From Pseudomonadota bacterium (GTDB lineage Bacteria; Desulfobacterota; Desulfobacteria; Desulfobacterales; RPRI01), in assembly GCA_043825875.1 (NCBI GenBank), contig JBDRRF010000083.1:32001-96000 (forward strand): 64,000 nt of DNA. Direction: 5' to 3'. The position numbers were made by a program, and so were the translations under genes. The notes under the pieces are model-generated. The model did not search any database. It was given only the letters and a program-made list of their open reading frames with translations, and was not told where the DNA came from. Below are positions 50,201-59,932 of the stretch, piece after piece; the first letter of the stretch is position 1; each line of letters begins with the position of its first letter.

Positions 50201-51925
50201 TTGAGCTACAGCGGCACCTCACAGGGCGCAATAAATGCCAACAGCTATGTCATTACGCCGGGCGGGCTGCAACCCGACCAGCACTACCTCATCACCTTTA
50301 TCGATGGTACGTTGACCATCGATCAGAAGGCGCTGACAGCGGTGGACCTGATCGGGAGCGTGACTAAGCAGTATGACGGATTTAACACTGTTGCCAATCT
50401 GACAACGGGCAACTACAGCATCACAGGGTTTATAGCCGGGGAAGGCGCGACAATCGGGGTGACCTCCGGAACGTACGACGCAGGCAAGAATGTGCAGGGT
50501 CCGAACAGCGGCGTGACCTCCGCGCTCCTGGCGGGACTCGATTACACCGGCACTGGCGCGACCTTGCTGACCAACTACGACCTGAGCGGAGTCACGGGTG
50601 TGAGCGCAACCGGTAACATCGGCGCGATCACAGCCAAAGCGCTGAGCCTGACTCCGGTTTCTGACAGCAAGCAATATGACGGTCTTATTACCTCAACGGC
50701 AGCCGTCACCGTCGTTGGCAATGTGGCCGGGGACACCGTTACGGTAGCCGAGGAATACGCCTCCAAAAACGTGTTGGGCCTGAACGGCAGCACACTCGGC
50801 ATCAAGGCCGGCTACACCATTGTTGACGGCGCATCTGCCGACATGAGCGGCAACTACACCGTCACCACCAACACCGCAGCTGGCACCATCATAGCGCTGG
50901 GGATCACGGGCAGCATCACGGCGGCCAACAAGGTTTACAACGGGAACGATACGGCGACAATTGCAACCCGCACGCTTACCGGCGCGATTGTCGGGGACGA
51001 TGTAAGCTATATCGGCGGCTCGGCCCTCTTTAGCGACAAGAACGCGGGCACTGGCAAAACGGTGACGGGCACCGGCCTGAGCCTCGATGGGACTAACGCT
51101 GGCAACTACACGGTCAACGACACGGCTACCACCCTGGCAAACATTACCCCAGCGCAGCTGGGCATTGCAGCGAATAGCACGACCCGTCTTTATGGGGAAG
51201 CGAACCCGGCATTCAGCGCCACTTTCACCGGCTTCCAGAACGGGGAGACGACTGCGGCGCTGACCGGTACGCTGGAGTTCGCCACCCCAGCCTTTCCGAG
51301 CTCCAATGTGGGCAACTATTCCATCATCCCGTCCGGCCAGAGTTCGACGAACTATACCATTACTTATGTCAATGGCCTCCTGGGTGTGACCCCGGTGTCC
51401 CTGATGGTTACCGCTGACGCCAAGAGCAAGGTTTACGGCACGAGTGATCCGACCTTGACCTTTAGCGCCACTGGGTTGGTAAACAACCCGGCACTTGGCG
51501 TCGTCGACACCGCAGATACCGTACTCTCAGGTGCGCTCACGCGCGTCCCCGGGGAGAGTGCGTTGGGCGGGCCGTACGCAATTACCCAGGGCACACTCGC
51601 GGCCAACAGCAACTACGCCCTTGGCTTTACGCACAATAATCTCATCATCATTGGTGCTGCTGCGGAGCCAGTTTTGGGTTTCAACGCGGGGCAGATCGTT
51701 TTCGCAGGAGTAATCAACAACGAGTTCTACTACCGCCCGGGTAACTTCTGGCATATCTCTCTGAATCCAAACAACGCTGACCCTGGATTCGACGTGATGA
51801 GGGGAACCAACGATTTGAACTCACGCTTGCGCCGAAGCTTGAATCCTTGCGATTCTATTTTCGGGGGGGGATTTTGTGAAACATGGTCATTCCCGCAGCA
51901 ACGCGAGAAAATCGATGAAAAATAA
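47225..51925 (+). CDS. Two-partner secretion exoprotein (TpsA) with haemagglutination-activity domain, GLUG and YDG/MBG-like repeats
   Basis: IIHWQGFSI, VLNRV, FLINPSGI TPS domain; GTWLIDP; SYATGSVSGAAGTGGLIG repeats; KxYDG/KVYG repeats. Confidence 0.9.
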   Translation: MTPERNTVTTFIRFIIRLTGFQIAVCMRQFERPARVTSLMTARGNHVSTLWRQIALIAAIVCVFVAGQVQGNGTNPTVVEGQAGFSTQGSTLSITNSPGAIIHWQGFSIDANETTRFIQQSAASSVLNRVIGSDPSVILGTLTSNGRVFLINPSGILVGQGAHIDVAGLVASTLNLSNQDFLAGRLNFASNPLAGTVENQGSITTPSGGSVYLVGSNVTNSGIISSPQGDVILAAGQSAKIFDSSTPGVKVELTASDNAAVNLGEILAQSGEIGIYGAALRNAGIINADQVVRDASGKLVLRAKQSVTLEAGSRICANGELAGEVMVQSESGTTLVYGTIEAKGTGTGQTGGTVRVLGDKVDLLDHAHINVSGNAGGGTVLVGGNFHGTGPEQTAFAATISANSSINADAINSGNGGRIAIWSDGDTSVAGMLTAHGGTNSGDGGFIETSGHNLSIAESTRVNTLASQGKTGTWLIDPQDFTVAASGGDITGTALSSNIGTTDVEVQSSGGGTPGSGNVNINDAVAWSANNILTLTASNNVNINANITATGNTAGLVINPNTANGADSASGTGVFNLNGASITLSGTSPSLAIAGASYTVINDLGSAGSTTAADLQGMSGDRTANYALGSNINASETASWNAGMGFTPIGNLATPFTGIFDGLGHTVSMLTINLATPDVGLFGVTGSGTIIRNVGLVGSNITGLAGTGALVGNNGPDTSIINSYSSGSVSGAAGTGGLVGSSTTGSISNSYSTSSVTGDAGTGGLIGSNTSGAISKSYATGDVSGAAGAGGLVGSNTSGVISTSYATGSVSGAAGTGGLIGSNTSGAINNSYATGGVNGGTGAGVGGLIGSNTSGTIMNSYAAGGVSGTGASRGALIGSSNANVVSNSYWDKTTSIEQSSAGGGIGMTTAEMMAQANFTSATTANSPDNPAWDFVNTWTMYEGITYPLLSDFITPLTVTANNDVKTYDGQLYSGGNGVTYSALVNGIAPAGTLSYSGTSQGAINANSYVITPGGLQPDQHYLITFIDGTLTIDQKALTAVDLIGSVTKQYDGFNTVANLTTGNYSITGFIAGEGATIGVTSGTYDAGKNVQGPNSGVTSALLAGLDYTGTGATLLTNYDLSGVTGVSATGNIGAITAKALSLTPVSDSKQYDGLITSTAAVTVVGNVAGDTVTVAEEYASKNVLGLNGSTLGIKAGYTIVDGASADMSGNYTVTTNTAAGTIIALGITGSITAANKVYNGNDTATIATRTLTGAIVGDDVSYIGGSALFSDKNAGTGKTVTGTGLSLDGTNAGNYTVNDTATTLANITPAQLGIAANSTTRLYGEANPAFSATFTGFQNGETTAALTGTLEFATPAFPSSNVGNYSIIPSGQSSTNYTITYVNGLLGVTPVSLMVTADAKSKVYGTSDPTLTFSATGLVNNPALGVVDTADTVLSGALTRVPGESALGGPYAITQGTLAANSNYALGFTHNNLIIIGAAAEPVLGFNAGQIVFAGVINNEFYYRPGNFWHISLNPNNADPGFDVMRGTNDLNSRLRRSLNPCDSIFGGGFCETWSFPQQREKIDEK

Positions 51926-51963
51926 GTTATTGTGCAGGATCGGGTTTCAAGAAAGGTAACGAT

Positions 51964-53580
51964 ATGCTGTTAATGATTCGCTCTATGGGGCTTGTGATAG
52001 CGCTACTGCTGACATCGACGTTTTCCTTTGCGCAGACACAGACCGTACGTTTCGATATTGATCGTTTCAAAGTCGAAGGCAATACGCTGCTCATTCCCGA
52101 TGAAATCAAAACGGTGCTCGAACCGTTCACTGGCAAACAACGAGAGTATGGCGACCTGCAGCGCGCGATTAAAGCTCTCAGAGAGCGCTATCGCACCAGA
52201 GGTTTCAGCGTGGTGTGGGTAATCGCACCCGAGCAGGACCTCGACCGGGGTGTCATCACACTGCGGATTATAGAAGGGCGGATCGGCAAGATCACCATTG
52301 AAGGCAACCGCTTTTTTGATGATTCCAATATCCGCTCCAGTCTTCCGGCGCTCAGAGAGGAAATTTCGCCCAGAGCAGAGGATATCTCTGCGAACGCGCA
52401 GCTTGGCAACGAGAATCCGGCCAAGCAGGTTGACGTTGTGTTGCGCCCCGGCGAGAAACAGGGCGTGGTGGACGCCACCGTCGATGTCATCGACGTACGG
52501 CCGTTCAAGGCCTTCCTGACCTTTGACAATACCGGCAACCAGCAGACGGGCGACTATCGGCTCGGCGTTGGCGTGCAGCATGCCAACCTGTTCAACCGCG
52601 ACAACATTTTCACGTTCAACTACGTCACCTCGCCGGGGAAGTGGGACCAGGTTAGCCTCTATAGCGGGAGCTATCGCCTGCCGCTGTATTCGTGGGGCGA
52701 TTCCATGGATTTCATCGTCGCTTATTCGGATGTCGTCGCCGGCACCACGCAGACCGTAGCAGGGCCACTTAATTTCTCCGGCCAGGGCACTGTTTATGGC
52801 TTGCGCTATAATCAGTTGCTGGAGCGGCGAGGCGAGTATTCACACCGGATCGTTTACGGCCTCGATTATCGTGCCTATGAGAACGACTGCAAGTTAGGCA
52901 ATTTCGGCGAAGAAGGCTGCGGGCCGGCCGCAGTGGATGTCACCGTGAGTCCCATCAGCTTGGCATACAGTGGCAATTGGGCAAAGCCCGGGCGGATCTC
53001 CGACTTCTATGTTGCCTTATCGCACAATGTCCCTGTGGATTCGAATGGGCAAAAAAGTGATTTCAATGCGGCGCGTCCAAGTCCGAATGGCCGGGACGGG
53101 GCATCTTCCCGTTACACGATCCTTCGCTTTGGCGCCAGCATGGTGAACGCCTTTGAGAGCAACTGGCAAGTCCGTGCCGCTTTCAACGCGCAGTACACCA
53201 CGGATTCCCTCGTAACAGGTGAACAATTCGGCATTGCAGGCACGACCACCGTCCGCGGCTACCAGGAGCGCGAAATTGTCCGCGATATCGGTTATTTCGC
53301 CAACCTCGAACTCTATTCGCCCAACCTTGCAGGCAAACTGGTCCCCGGCGAGGATAACCTGCGCGGCTTGCTGTTCTATGACTTCGCCAATGCTGCCAAC
53401 AATGCATTGGACGGGGAAGTCAGGCAAAAGATCTCGATCGCCAGCATTGGCGCTGGTTTTCGCTGGAATATCCAAAGGAACTTCAACTTGCGCTTCGACT
53501 TGGCACGGGTAATGGACGGAGGCGGGAGCACGAAAGACGGTGACTTCCGCGGGCATATCTCGGTCTTTTTCGGCTATTAG
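51964..53580 (+). CDS. TpsB (ShlB/FhaC/HecB family) outer-membrane transporter
   Basis: POTRA domains (F.VEGNTL, IEGNRFF), DNTGN, VRGY loop, C-terminal aromatic residue. Confidence 0.92.
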   Translation: MLLMIRSMGLVIALLLTSTFSFAQTQTVRFDIDRFKVEGNTLLIPDEIKTVLEPFTGKQREYGDLQRAIKALRERYRTRGFSVVWVIAPEQDLDRGVITLRIIEGRIGKITIEGNRFFDDSNIRSSLPALREEISPRAEDISANAQLGNENPAKQVDVVLRPGEKQGVVDATVDVIDVRPFKAFLTFDNTGNQQTGDYRLGVGVQHANLFNRDNIFTFNYVTSPGKWDQVSLYSGSYRLPLYSWGDSMDFIVAYSDVVAGTTQTVAGPLNFSGQGTVYGLRYNQLLERRGEYSHRIVYGLDYRAYENDCKLGNFGEEGCGPAAVDVTVSPISLAYSGNWAKPGRISDFYVALSHNVPVDSNGQKSDFNAARPSPNGRDGASSRYTILRFGASMVNAFESNWQVRAAFNAQYTTDSLVTGEQFGIAGTTTVRGYQEREIVRDIGYFANLELYSPNLAGKLVPGEDNLRGLLFYDFANAANNALDGEVRQKISIASIGAGFRWNIQRNFNLRFDLARVMDGGGSTKDGDFRGHISVFFGY

Positions 53581-53655
53581 TTTCAAATTTCCATCGGTTG
53601 GGGAAGTGTCGGTATCTATGAACCAACTTTTTCTAACGGCCAAAGCGTTTTACAA

Positions 53656-55065
53656 TCAAATAAAAACCAACTTATTTTCCTCATTCTGTGCTTTAACAAG
53701 TTTAAGCGTTTGTTCGGATAAGCTGATCTTTCTTGCACTGGGGAATTTTTCCGGCATAAGCTTTGGCCTTAAATAAAATGCTTCCGGATCGTTAAAAACC
53801 ATAGTACTCATGGGAACCGGAAACATCTCGCTCTCCATAAATACAGGATTAGGCCTGAAATATGCCTCAGGGTTTTCAGGATCTATTTCAAATGTACGGG
53901 GGTGTCTGTGGAAATCATAGTGATTTGCTGATAAATGGTCATTTTTAAGGTCCCACGCAAGATAGATCAAGATGGAATATCCCCATTTTCCTTTATCTTT
54001 AAGTTCCAGACGGTTTCTTGCTTCCATAATGGTCAAAAGATTATTATTGAGATCGTAACGCTCTCTTCTCAATTCCCGATGGGCATACATATCAACCCAA
54101 AGAATCAATCTGCTGTGCTCGGGCGCAAAGAAATCACTGTTTGCAGTTGCCTCTATAACATAACAGGGTACGCCCCCGTTTTTTGTGTAAGCCGGATAAT
54201 CATTTCCCATGATTTTAAGACTTCCGGTGTCTTTTTTTATTGCCTGTCCATCCCAATTCCGGATATTGATATCCTTACGGCCATTCGGGAATCTTACAAT
54301 ATCGTTATTATATAAGACATCGGTGCCCATAAATTTCCAGGTATAATACCAGGGAATCATCATCGTATCCCCAAATGTAAAGTCTCTTTCAAAGTACTGA
54401 TCGCAATATCTTGACTCTCCTTCCGTAACCAGTTTTTGTACTCCGGGATAATAACGCCACTTATCCGAATACTTCTCATGTGTTTTTCCACACCTGTAAA
54501 CATTTTGCAGAAACTTGGTATATCGGTACAGCGCAGGCTTATGATATCTATCCAAGACCCACATATAAATTTTATTTTCCGGCCAGCGATACAGATAATC
54601 TTCCAGTGTATCAGGAGAAAGAGCAGACCAGACCTCTCTTTGGCCGGTATAATAATTCAATCCACCCCTGTTGGTGATCATCATACCGCCCATAGGCCCT
54701 TCATGTGTCCACCATGGAAAATGTTGACCGACGGTCATCATATAAGCGATTTCCGTGGCCGTGTAAGGAGGCTCTAACTTCGCCGCTACATATGTGTATT
54801 GACTATGCCTTGGCGTCTTCTCCCATGGAGTTAAATCCATGTTGAATGTTTCCAGATCTTTTTTTGAAAGCTGACACACGTCTTTCCAGGTGGCATTCCC
54901 ATTAGCTTCCTGGCAAGGCTCTTCCACATCACACAGAGATAAGCCAAATGCCGGACGTGCTTTAAAGAAAACTGATGGAGCGAGACCACAGGCGATAGCT
55001 GTCCCGATGCTTTTCTTTATGAACTTTCTTCTTGTAATCGATTGACTACAGGTTTTTTCTTTCAT
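53656..55065 (-). CDS. Tat-exported DUF1329 / LolA-like periplasmic protein
   Basis: ITRRKFIK twin-arginine signal; WRYYP...TFGD, WKFMG, CYVIEA, LWVD motifs of the DUF1329/LolA-like fold. Confidence 0.65.
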   Translation of the reverse strand: MKEKTCSQSITRRKFIKKSIGTAIACGLAPSVFFKARPAFGLSLCDVEEPCQEANGNATWKDVCQLSKKDLETFNMDLTPWEKTPRHSQYTYVAAKLEPPYTATEIAYMMTVGQHFPWWTHEGPMGGMMITNRGGLNYYTGQREVWSALSPDTLEDYLYRWPENKIYMWVLDRYHKPALYRYTKFLQNVYRCGKTHEKYSDKWRYYPGVQKLVTEGESRYCDQYFERDFTFGDTMMIPWYYTWKFMGTDVLYNNDIVRFPNGRKDINIRNWDGQAIKKDTGSLKIMGNDYPAYTKNGGVPCYVIEATANSDFFAPEHSRLILWVDMYAHRELRRERYDLNNNLLTIMEARNRLELKDKGKWGYSILIYLAWDLKNDHLSANHYDFHRHPRTFEIDPENPEAYFRPNPVFMESEMFPVPMSTMVFNDPEAFYLRPKLMPEKFPSARKISLSEQTLKLVKAQNEENKLVFI

Positions 55066-55116
55066 AGGACCATCTCCACAAAAAAATGTTTCTTTATATG
55101 TTAACTGATTATAAAA

Positions 55117-56625
55117 CTAAAATACGTAATTAATTTCCACACCGACATTGTCCCATTGGTTAAACTGACCATATATGTCATTTTTCCCGCCACGGTAATC
55201 TGAGTAAAGAATTTTGGCTTCCAGATTATCCGAACACTTCCATGTTATGATGAACTGGTTCTTCATTCCCTGCCACCCGTTAAGAGGCCCCCCTGTATTA
55301 AAAAAAACGAAAAAAGAAGTAATCAAGCGATCCTCAGTTGACCGCCAAAACTTATTGAAAAGGAACACATGGCCCAGAGACCATCTGTTGACCCCAAGAC
55401 TTTCACGCCATCCTGAATAGTAACTAAACATCGGCTGGTAAAAACACCACACCCTGCCCGGCAAAAAAACATCGAATTTCATTGCACCGCTGATTAAATC
55501 CGTATTGGACACGCCTTTACCATCTTTGAGGATTCCGTTATAAGGATCCCACTTGTTAAAATCCGTGAAATACTGGTCTGTCTTATAAACGATTTCAGCC
55601 CGATAAGTACAAGGCACCCTCTGCAGAAAAGGAACTCCTTTTATTACATATCCAACATCAATGGCTGAACCTACAAAATGCGCTCTGGTATATTCAGGAT
55701 CATAAAACGTCTGCCCGAGATTATCCCGCTTGATGAAATTTGTTGCATTGGGAGAAAAGCCATACATATAGCCCAAACTCCATGTGGCTTGCCCAAGTTT
55801 GGTATCGAATCTGGCAGCCAATTGATGATTTTTAAATGCCGTGCCCGTTTCATCGGCAGAGCCTCGATAGCGAGGATCTCTTTTTGGATCGGATCTTAAG
55901 GGTGACCACCAGGGAGAACCCGGATAAGGATTTTTTGACGGCTCAAAATCCGGTATCCACAGAAACTGTACGCTACTTTCCCTGAAAGTGTAAGTGATAT
56001 TTGTCATCCATAGCGGTATTCGCAGTTTGTTATATTGTGAAGCCCTGATTTCCAGAAAGTCCTTTCCATCAAGGTTGTTAATAAAGTCCATCCACCGGCC
56101 TTCCATTTTTCCCCAGACCACCTGCTGTTTGCCGATTTTCACATATAAGTTGTCCGATTCTATATCCAGATGAAGTTCTCTAATAATCTCATCACCTGTA
56201 TGAGAAATATAGGAATCCTTATTGACTTTATCCGCATAAAGACTCGAGTTTTGCCAGTCATATACTGCATCGTACTGGAATCGGAGTTTGTTAACTAATT
56301 CCACTCCGGGTGAAAACTGATAACGGGGTTCTAATTCCGCCATCCACTGAATTTCCTGAAATCGCCAGTCTTTAGTTACAGTGCCCACCTGTTTGTCATT
56401 GTGAACATTGATCGTTGACCAATTAGACAAAAAACCGTTTATTTTAAAACGTGGAATTTCATTGAGCGGTTTTAGGGCATCACCGGCCGGGTTAAAATTG
56501 GCAATCCAGCGGTCAAAAGTGTTGTAATAATCCAGACCGGATTGTGCATATACGTTGAATGATAAACATAGAACTAAAAAAAACGAAAAAGGAAAAACAA
56601 TTAATCTTGCACGGGTTGCTTTCAT
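55117..56625 (-). CDS. DUF1302-like outer-membrane beta-barrel
   Basis: Signal peptide; RFQYDAVYD, IRELHLD, KIGKQQVVWG, LRIPLW; C-terminal YGQFNQWDNVGVEINYVF. Confidence 0.75.
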   Translation of the reverse strand: MKATRARLIVFPFSFFLVLCLSFNVYAQSGLDYYNTFDRWIANFNPAGDALKPLNEIPRFKINGFLSNWSTINVHNDKQVGTVTKDWRFQEIQWMAELEPRYQFSPGVELVNKLRFQYDAVYDWQNSSLYADKVNKDSYISHTGDEIIRELHLDIESDNLYVKIGKQQVVWGKMEGRWMDFINNLDGKDFLEIRASQYNKLRIPLWMTNITYTFRESSVQFLWIPDFEPSKNPYPGSPWWSPLRSDPKRDPRYRGSADETGTAFKNHQLAARFDTKLGQATWSLGYMYGFSPNATNFIKRDNLGQTFYDPEYTRAHFVGSAIDVGYVIKGVPFLQRVPCTYRAEIVYKTDQYFTDFNKWDPYNGILKDGKGVSNTDLISGAMKFDVFLPGRVWCFYQPMFSYYSGWRESLGVNRWSLGHVFLFNKFWRSTEDRLITSFFVFFNTGGPLNGWQGMKNQFIITWKCSDNLEAKILYSDYRGGKNDIYGQFNQWDNVGVEINYVF

Positions 56626-56822
56626 AATAGCCTTTGGTTTTAGATAGTGATATAGGTGTGTAACTTTGAAGTTTGAGCCTCAAGTGAAACGGAGACAGTC
56701 CACGTTTGTTTAAGAAATATCTCCTAAAGTAGTGCGTTGGGATGCAAGAAACATCTTCTTTTACATAGTTTTAATAACTTATACAAAAACCACCTCATAA
56801 TTAGCTTTTTCCAAAGTAAGAA

Positions 56823-57407
56823 TTACGGAAACAGGGGTGGAGGGGAAAGCTCTATATAGGTTGCCTCGCGCAACTTTTTGAGAATTGCCCATAGTTGTTT
56901 TCTCTCAAGTTTCGAAAGCTTTCCCAGAATTTTTGGAAGAACCTCATTTTTCTGTATGCGGCGTAGTTCTTCCCCTTTCTTTGTTATCTTCACATGTACT
57001 ACTCTTTTCTCTTTTGCGCTCCTGATACGTTTGACCAGTCCACTATCTTCCATCCTGTCCAGCAATTGATGGATGCTACCAGGATCACGAAGAACTTGCC
57101 TCGCGATTTGAATGGGCGGCAGCGGACGATTTGCCTCTTCCAGAACATATAAAACTGCGGATTGGATCATGGAAATCCCAACCGGTTTCAATTCTCTCTC
57201 CCTGAGTTTTTTCAGGCCTTCCACAACCTGTGTCATCAACGTGAAAAATTCATATTCTTCATAAAGCGTTATTTCGTATTGATCCACAGATCCTGAACCG
57301 GAGGTAGCATTGTTTTTTACTTTGGCATCTTCAATGTCAGACATGCCCTTCTCCATTAGTTTTATCAAATCAATGTTATTAACAATTTTTATACTAATTG
57401 TGATCAC
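56823..57407 (-). CDS. MarR family regulator
   Basis: QSAVL, LLDRMEDSGLVKR, VKITKKG; the start may be an internal ATG. Confidence 0.85.
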   Translation of the reverse strand: MITISIKIVNNIDLIKLMEKGMSDIEDAKVKNNATSGSGSVDQYEITLYEEYEFFTLMTQVVEGLKKLRERELKPVGISMIQSAVLYVLEEANRPLPPIQIARQVLRDPGSIHQLLDRMEDSGLVKRIRSAKEKRVVHVKITKKGEELRRIQKNEVLPKILGKLSKLERKQLWAILKKLREATYIELSPPPLFP

Positions 57408-57509
57408 AATTTCTATGCTGTATATATTTACAAATCTCTTAAGTCAACAATATTTTTTTAATCGAAAAAAAGGCCTTTTGTATGGATAAAATGGGATGAA
57501 TTATAATAA

Positions 57510-58544
57510 TTGACAAACTATACTACTTATATTATCGATCACTACCGATATCATACTTTAACAAGGGTTTCCCATATGAGATATATTGTCTTCTGGTCAT
57601 TTTTGAGCATTCTTTTTCTTGGTCTTATACTTTCACCTCTTGAGGCAGGCCCACCTACCAATGGAACCTATAGATTAAGATTACCCAAGCAGTTAAAAGA
57701 AACCATTTTTGCTTACCCTTTTAACAGAGAAATGGATAGAGACAATGATTTCTTAAAAGATCATTTTGAAGGAAAGGTTGCCGCACACTTCAGGCCTTAT
57801 TTGGTTTTTGATTCCGGAGAAGACCATACAAAATCATGGGAACCTGTAACACTAATCCAGGTAAGACCTGTTGGTTGTATCGGGCCGGATTGTCCGGATG
57901 AGTGGAAGATAAAGATCAAATATGTTTTCTTATGGGCTTTTGACGGAGGATATGGTGAATCTTCCAGTTGTAAAAATGATCACAATGGAGACAATGATTC
58001 CATTTCATTATTTATTCACTCAAAAGATCAAGGCAGAACCTGGATTCTAAAAAGCTCGGGTGATGTAAATATCGGCGACGAGGCTTATATCAGTATTTTT
58101 CCGGATGTATTATGGCCAAACGCACAAAATGGGGGAGTTGAATTTCCCTATGTTTTCTTATCATCGCACAAACATCATCTGTATACGAATTCATGGAATG
58201 ATGAACATGATTCCATCTATAGTGACTGGGGATGCAATGATGATGTTAATGGAAATGGAGCTCATTATTACGCTTGCGTTCATCAGGATTGCCTGGACCC
58301 CGCCTATATCGATGTCTTTAATAATGTTGGCGAGCCGGAAGCCCATGATCCAAAATATTTTGTTGGATCTCTTGATCGGTGGTATAAAGGTGAACATGCA
58401 TGGAGTTCAAGGGAATTTAACGGAGGTAAAGGTGAAGATGGCTTTAAAAACAGCAGTTTAAAAGAAATGTGGATGTCTCATAAATTTCATATAAGTAAAG
58501 GGTTTAAAAAAAAATATGCAGCCATGATTATTGGTGCAATGTAA
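57510..58544 (+). CDS. Secreted protein, NPP1/Vps62-like
   Basis: Signal peptide from the internal MRYIVF; FRPYLVFDSGE, HNGDND, SSHKHHLY, NVGE motifs. Confidence 0.55.
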   Translation: MTNYTTYIIDHYRYHTLTRVSHMRYIVFWSFLSILFLGLILSPLEAGPPTNGTYRLRLPKQLKETIFAYPFNREMDRDNDFLKDHFEGKVAAHFRPYLVFDSGEDHTKSWEPVTLIQVRPVGCIGPDCPDEWKIKIKYVFLWAFDGGYGESSSCKNDHNGDNDSISLFIHSKDQGRTWILKSSGDVNIGDEAYISIFPDVLWPNAQNGGVEFPYVFLSSHKHHLYTNSWNDEHDSIYSDWGCNDDVNGNGAHYYACVHQDCLDPAYIDVFNNVGEPEAHDPKYFVGSLDRWYKGEHAWSSREFNGGKGEDGFKNSSLKEMWMSHKFHISKGFKKKYAAMIIGAM

Positions 58545-58583
58545 ACAAATCAATTTATTATTTAGTTTAATAAGGATAAAAAA

Positions 58584-58979
58584 ATGAAGGTGTTTAAGCT
58601 TATACTCACATGTGCGCTATTATTGTTAATTTGTTTACCCAGCAAGGGATTCACAGCAAGCGCATACGGAAAAGTTAAATTTGTCGGTACAATTCAGGAA
58701 GCCAATGATAACGGGATCTATAGTGCCAGGTTTAGATTCAAACTTACTGATTCTACATGCACAGAAAGCTCTATACCTAAAACACGTTGGTTCACTGTAA
58801 AATCAGGAAGAATGGATGGGAAATTTGCCCATAATGCGGTTAATACAAAAAATGCATATCAGACTTTGCTTACCGCTTTTTTGACAGACGCAAATATTCA
58901 GATAGATAGAATATCGACATGTTCAAACGATAAGACAATTGAAATTGATTTGTGGAATTCAGCAATAGGAATTTATTAA
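58584..58979 (+). CDS. Small secreted hypothetical protein
   Basis: Signal peptide; Cys pair; AYQTLLTAFLT. Confidence 0.7.
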   Translation: MKVFKLILTCALLLLICLPSKGFTASAYGKVKFVGTIQEANDNGIYSARFRFKLTDSTCTESSIPKTRWFTVKSGRMDGKFAHNAVNTKNAYQTLLTAFLTDANIQIDRISTCSNDKTIEIDLWNSAIGIY

Positions 58980-59025
58980 TTTAATTCATGAAGGGGTGGG
59001 CAGAAGAAAATATAAGAGATAACAC

Positions 59026-59886
59026 ATGACTTCCTGGTATTTTCCCGCATTACTCGCACTTCTATTGATGGGAATTCAGCGTTTTTTTTACAAGGTTGCA
59101 GCAGAAAGAAAATACCCCACCGAATGGGTAACCTTTTCCTTCATGGCCACAGTCACGCTGTTGAGCGCCGGAACATACTTTTTCCGGCAACACCATGAAC
59201 AAAACATTGGTTTCCTGATAGCCGTATCCCTCATCAATAGCATAGCTTTTCTTGTTGCCACCGTATCCCATATTGAAGCACTAAAATATATCCCGGCAAA
59301 TATTGCATACAGCATCATCCGGTTAAATGTGGTGACGGTAGCTGTCTTTTCAATTTTCTATTTCAAGGAACAGATTTCTCTTCTCCAGGGTCTGGGATTG
59401 CTTGTTGCAATTTCTGCCATGATTGTTCTTACAACACAGTTGGGAGCAGATACAATAAAAGTAGAACACCGAAAGCAGGGAGCAGTGTTTATCTTTCTGG
59501 CTTTGCTGGCCGGGGCCACGGCAAGCATTTCATCCAAATTTGCAGCCATGCATGCGGACAAACTTGCTTTTATGGCCCTGTCGTATCTAATGGGGATGAT
59601 TGGCTCTCTGGGAATAACCAGGGCGTTGTCCTATAAAAAAGCCATAAACAAGCGATCAGCCGCGTTGGGCCTTGGTGTAGTCATGGGCGGGTTTAATTTT
59701 GCCGGGTTTTATGCATATTTGTATGCCCTGGAACGCGGGCCGTTATCCCTCATTTCAGCTATTGTGGGAATGCATTTTGTAATTGCCATTGTACTTTCAG
59801 CAGTTATTTTTCATGAGAAAATAAAACCTGTTGGACTTTTAGGAATTCTATTGACTATAATATCTATCATTTTGATACGGATTTGA
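59026..59886 (+). CDS. EamA/DMT family transporter
   Basis: Ten TM segments in two repeats (FKEQIS, FHEKIK). Confidence 0.88.
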   Translation: MTSWYFPALLALLLMGIQRFFYKVAAERKYPTEWVTFSFMATVTLLSAGTYFFRQHHEQNIGFLIAVSLINSIAFLVATVSHIEALKYIPANIAYSIIRLNVVTVAVFSIFYFKEQISLLQGLGLLVAISAMIVLTTQLGADTIKVEHRKQGAVFIFLALLAGATASISSKFAAMHADKLAFMALSYLMGMIGSLGITRALSYKKAINKRSAALGLGVVMGGFNFAGFYAYLYALERGPLSLISAIVGMHFVIAIVLSAVIFHEKIKPVGLLGILLTIISIILIRI

Positions 59887-59932
59887 TTATTAACCGGAGG
59901 AATAAAAAGGTTCATCAAATAGGATATGAGCT

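Noticed and set aside
47485..53643. Many minus-strand ORFs up to 291 aa
   Set aside because: Antisense shadows of the GC-rich tpsA/tpsB genes.
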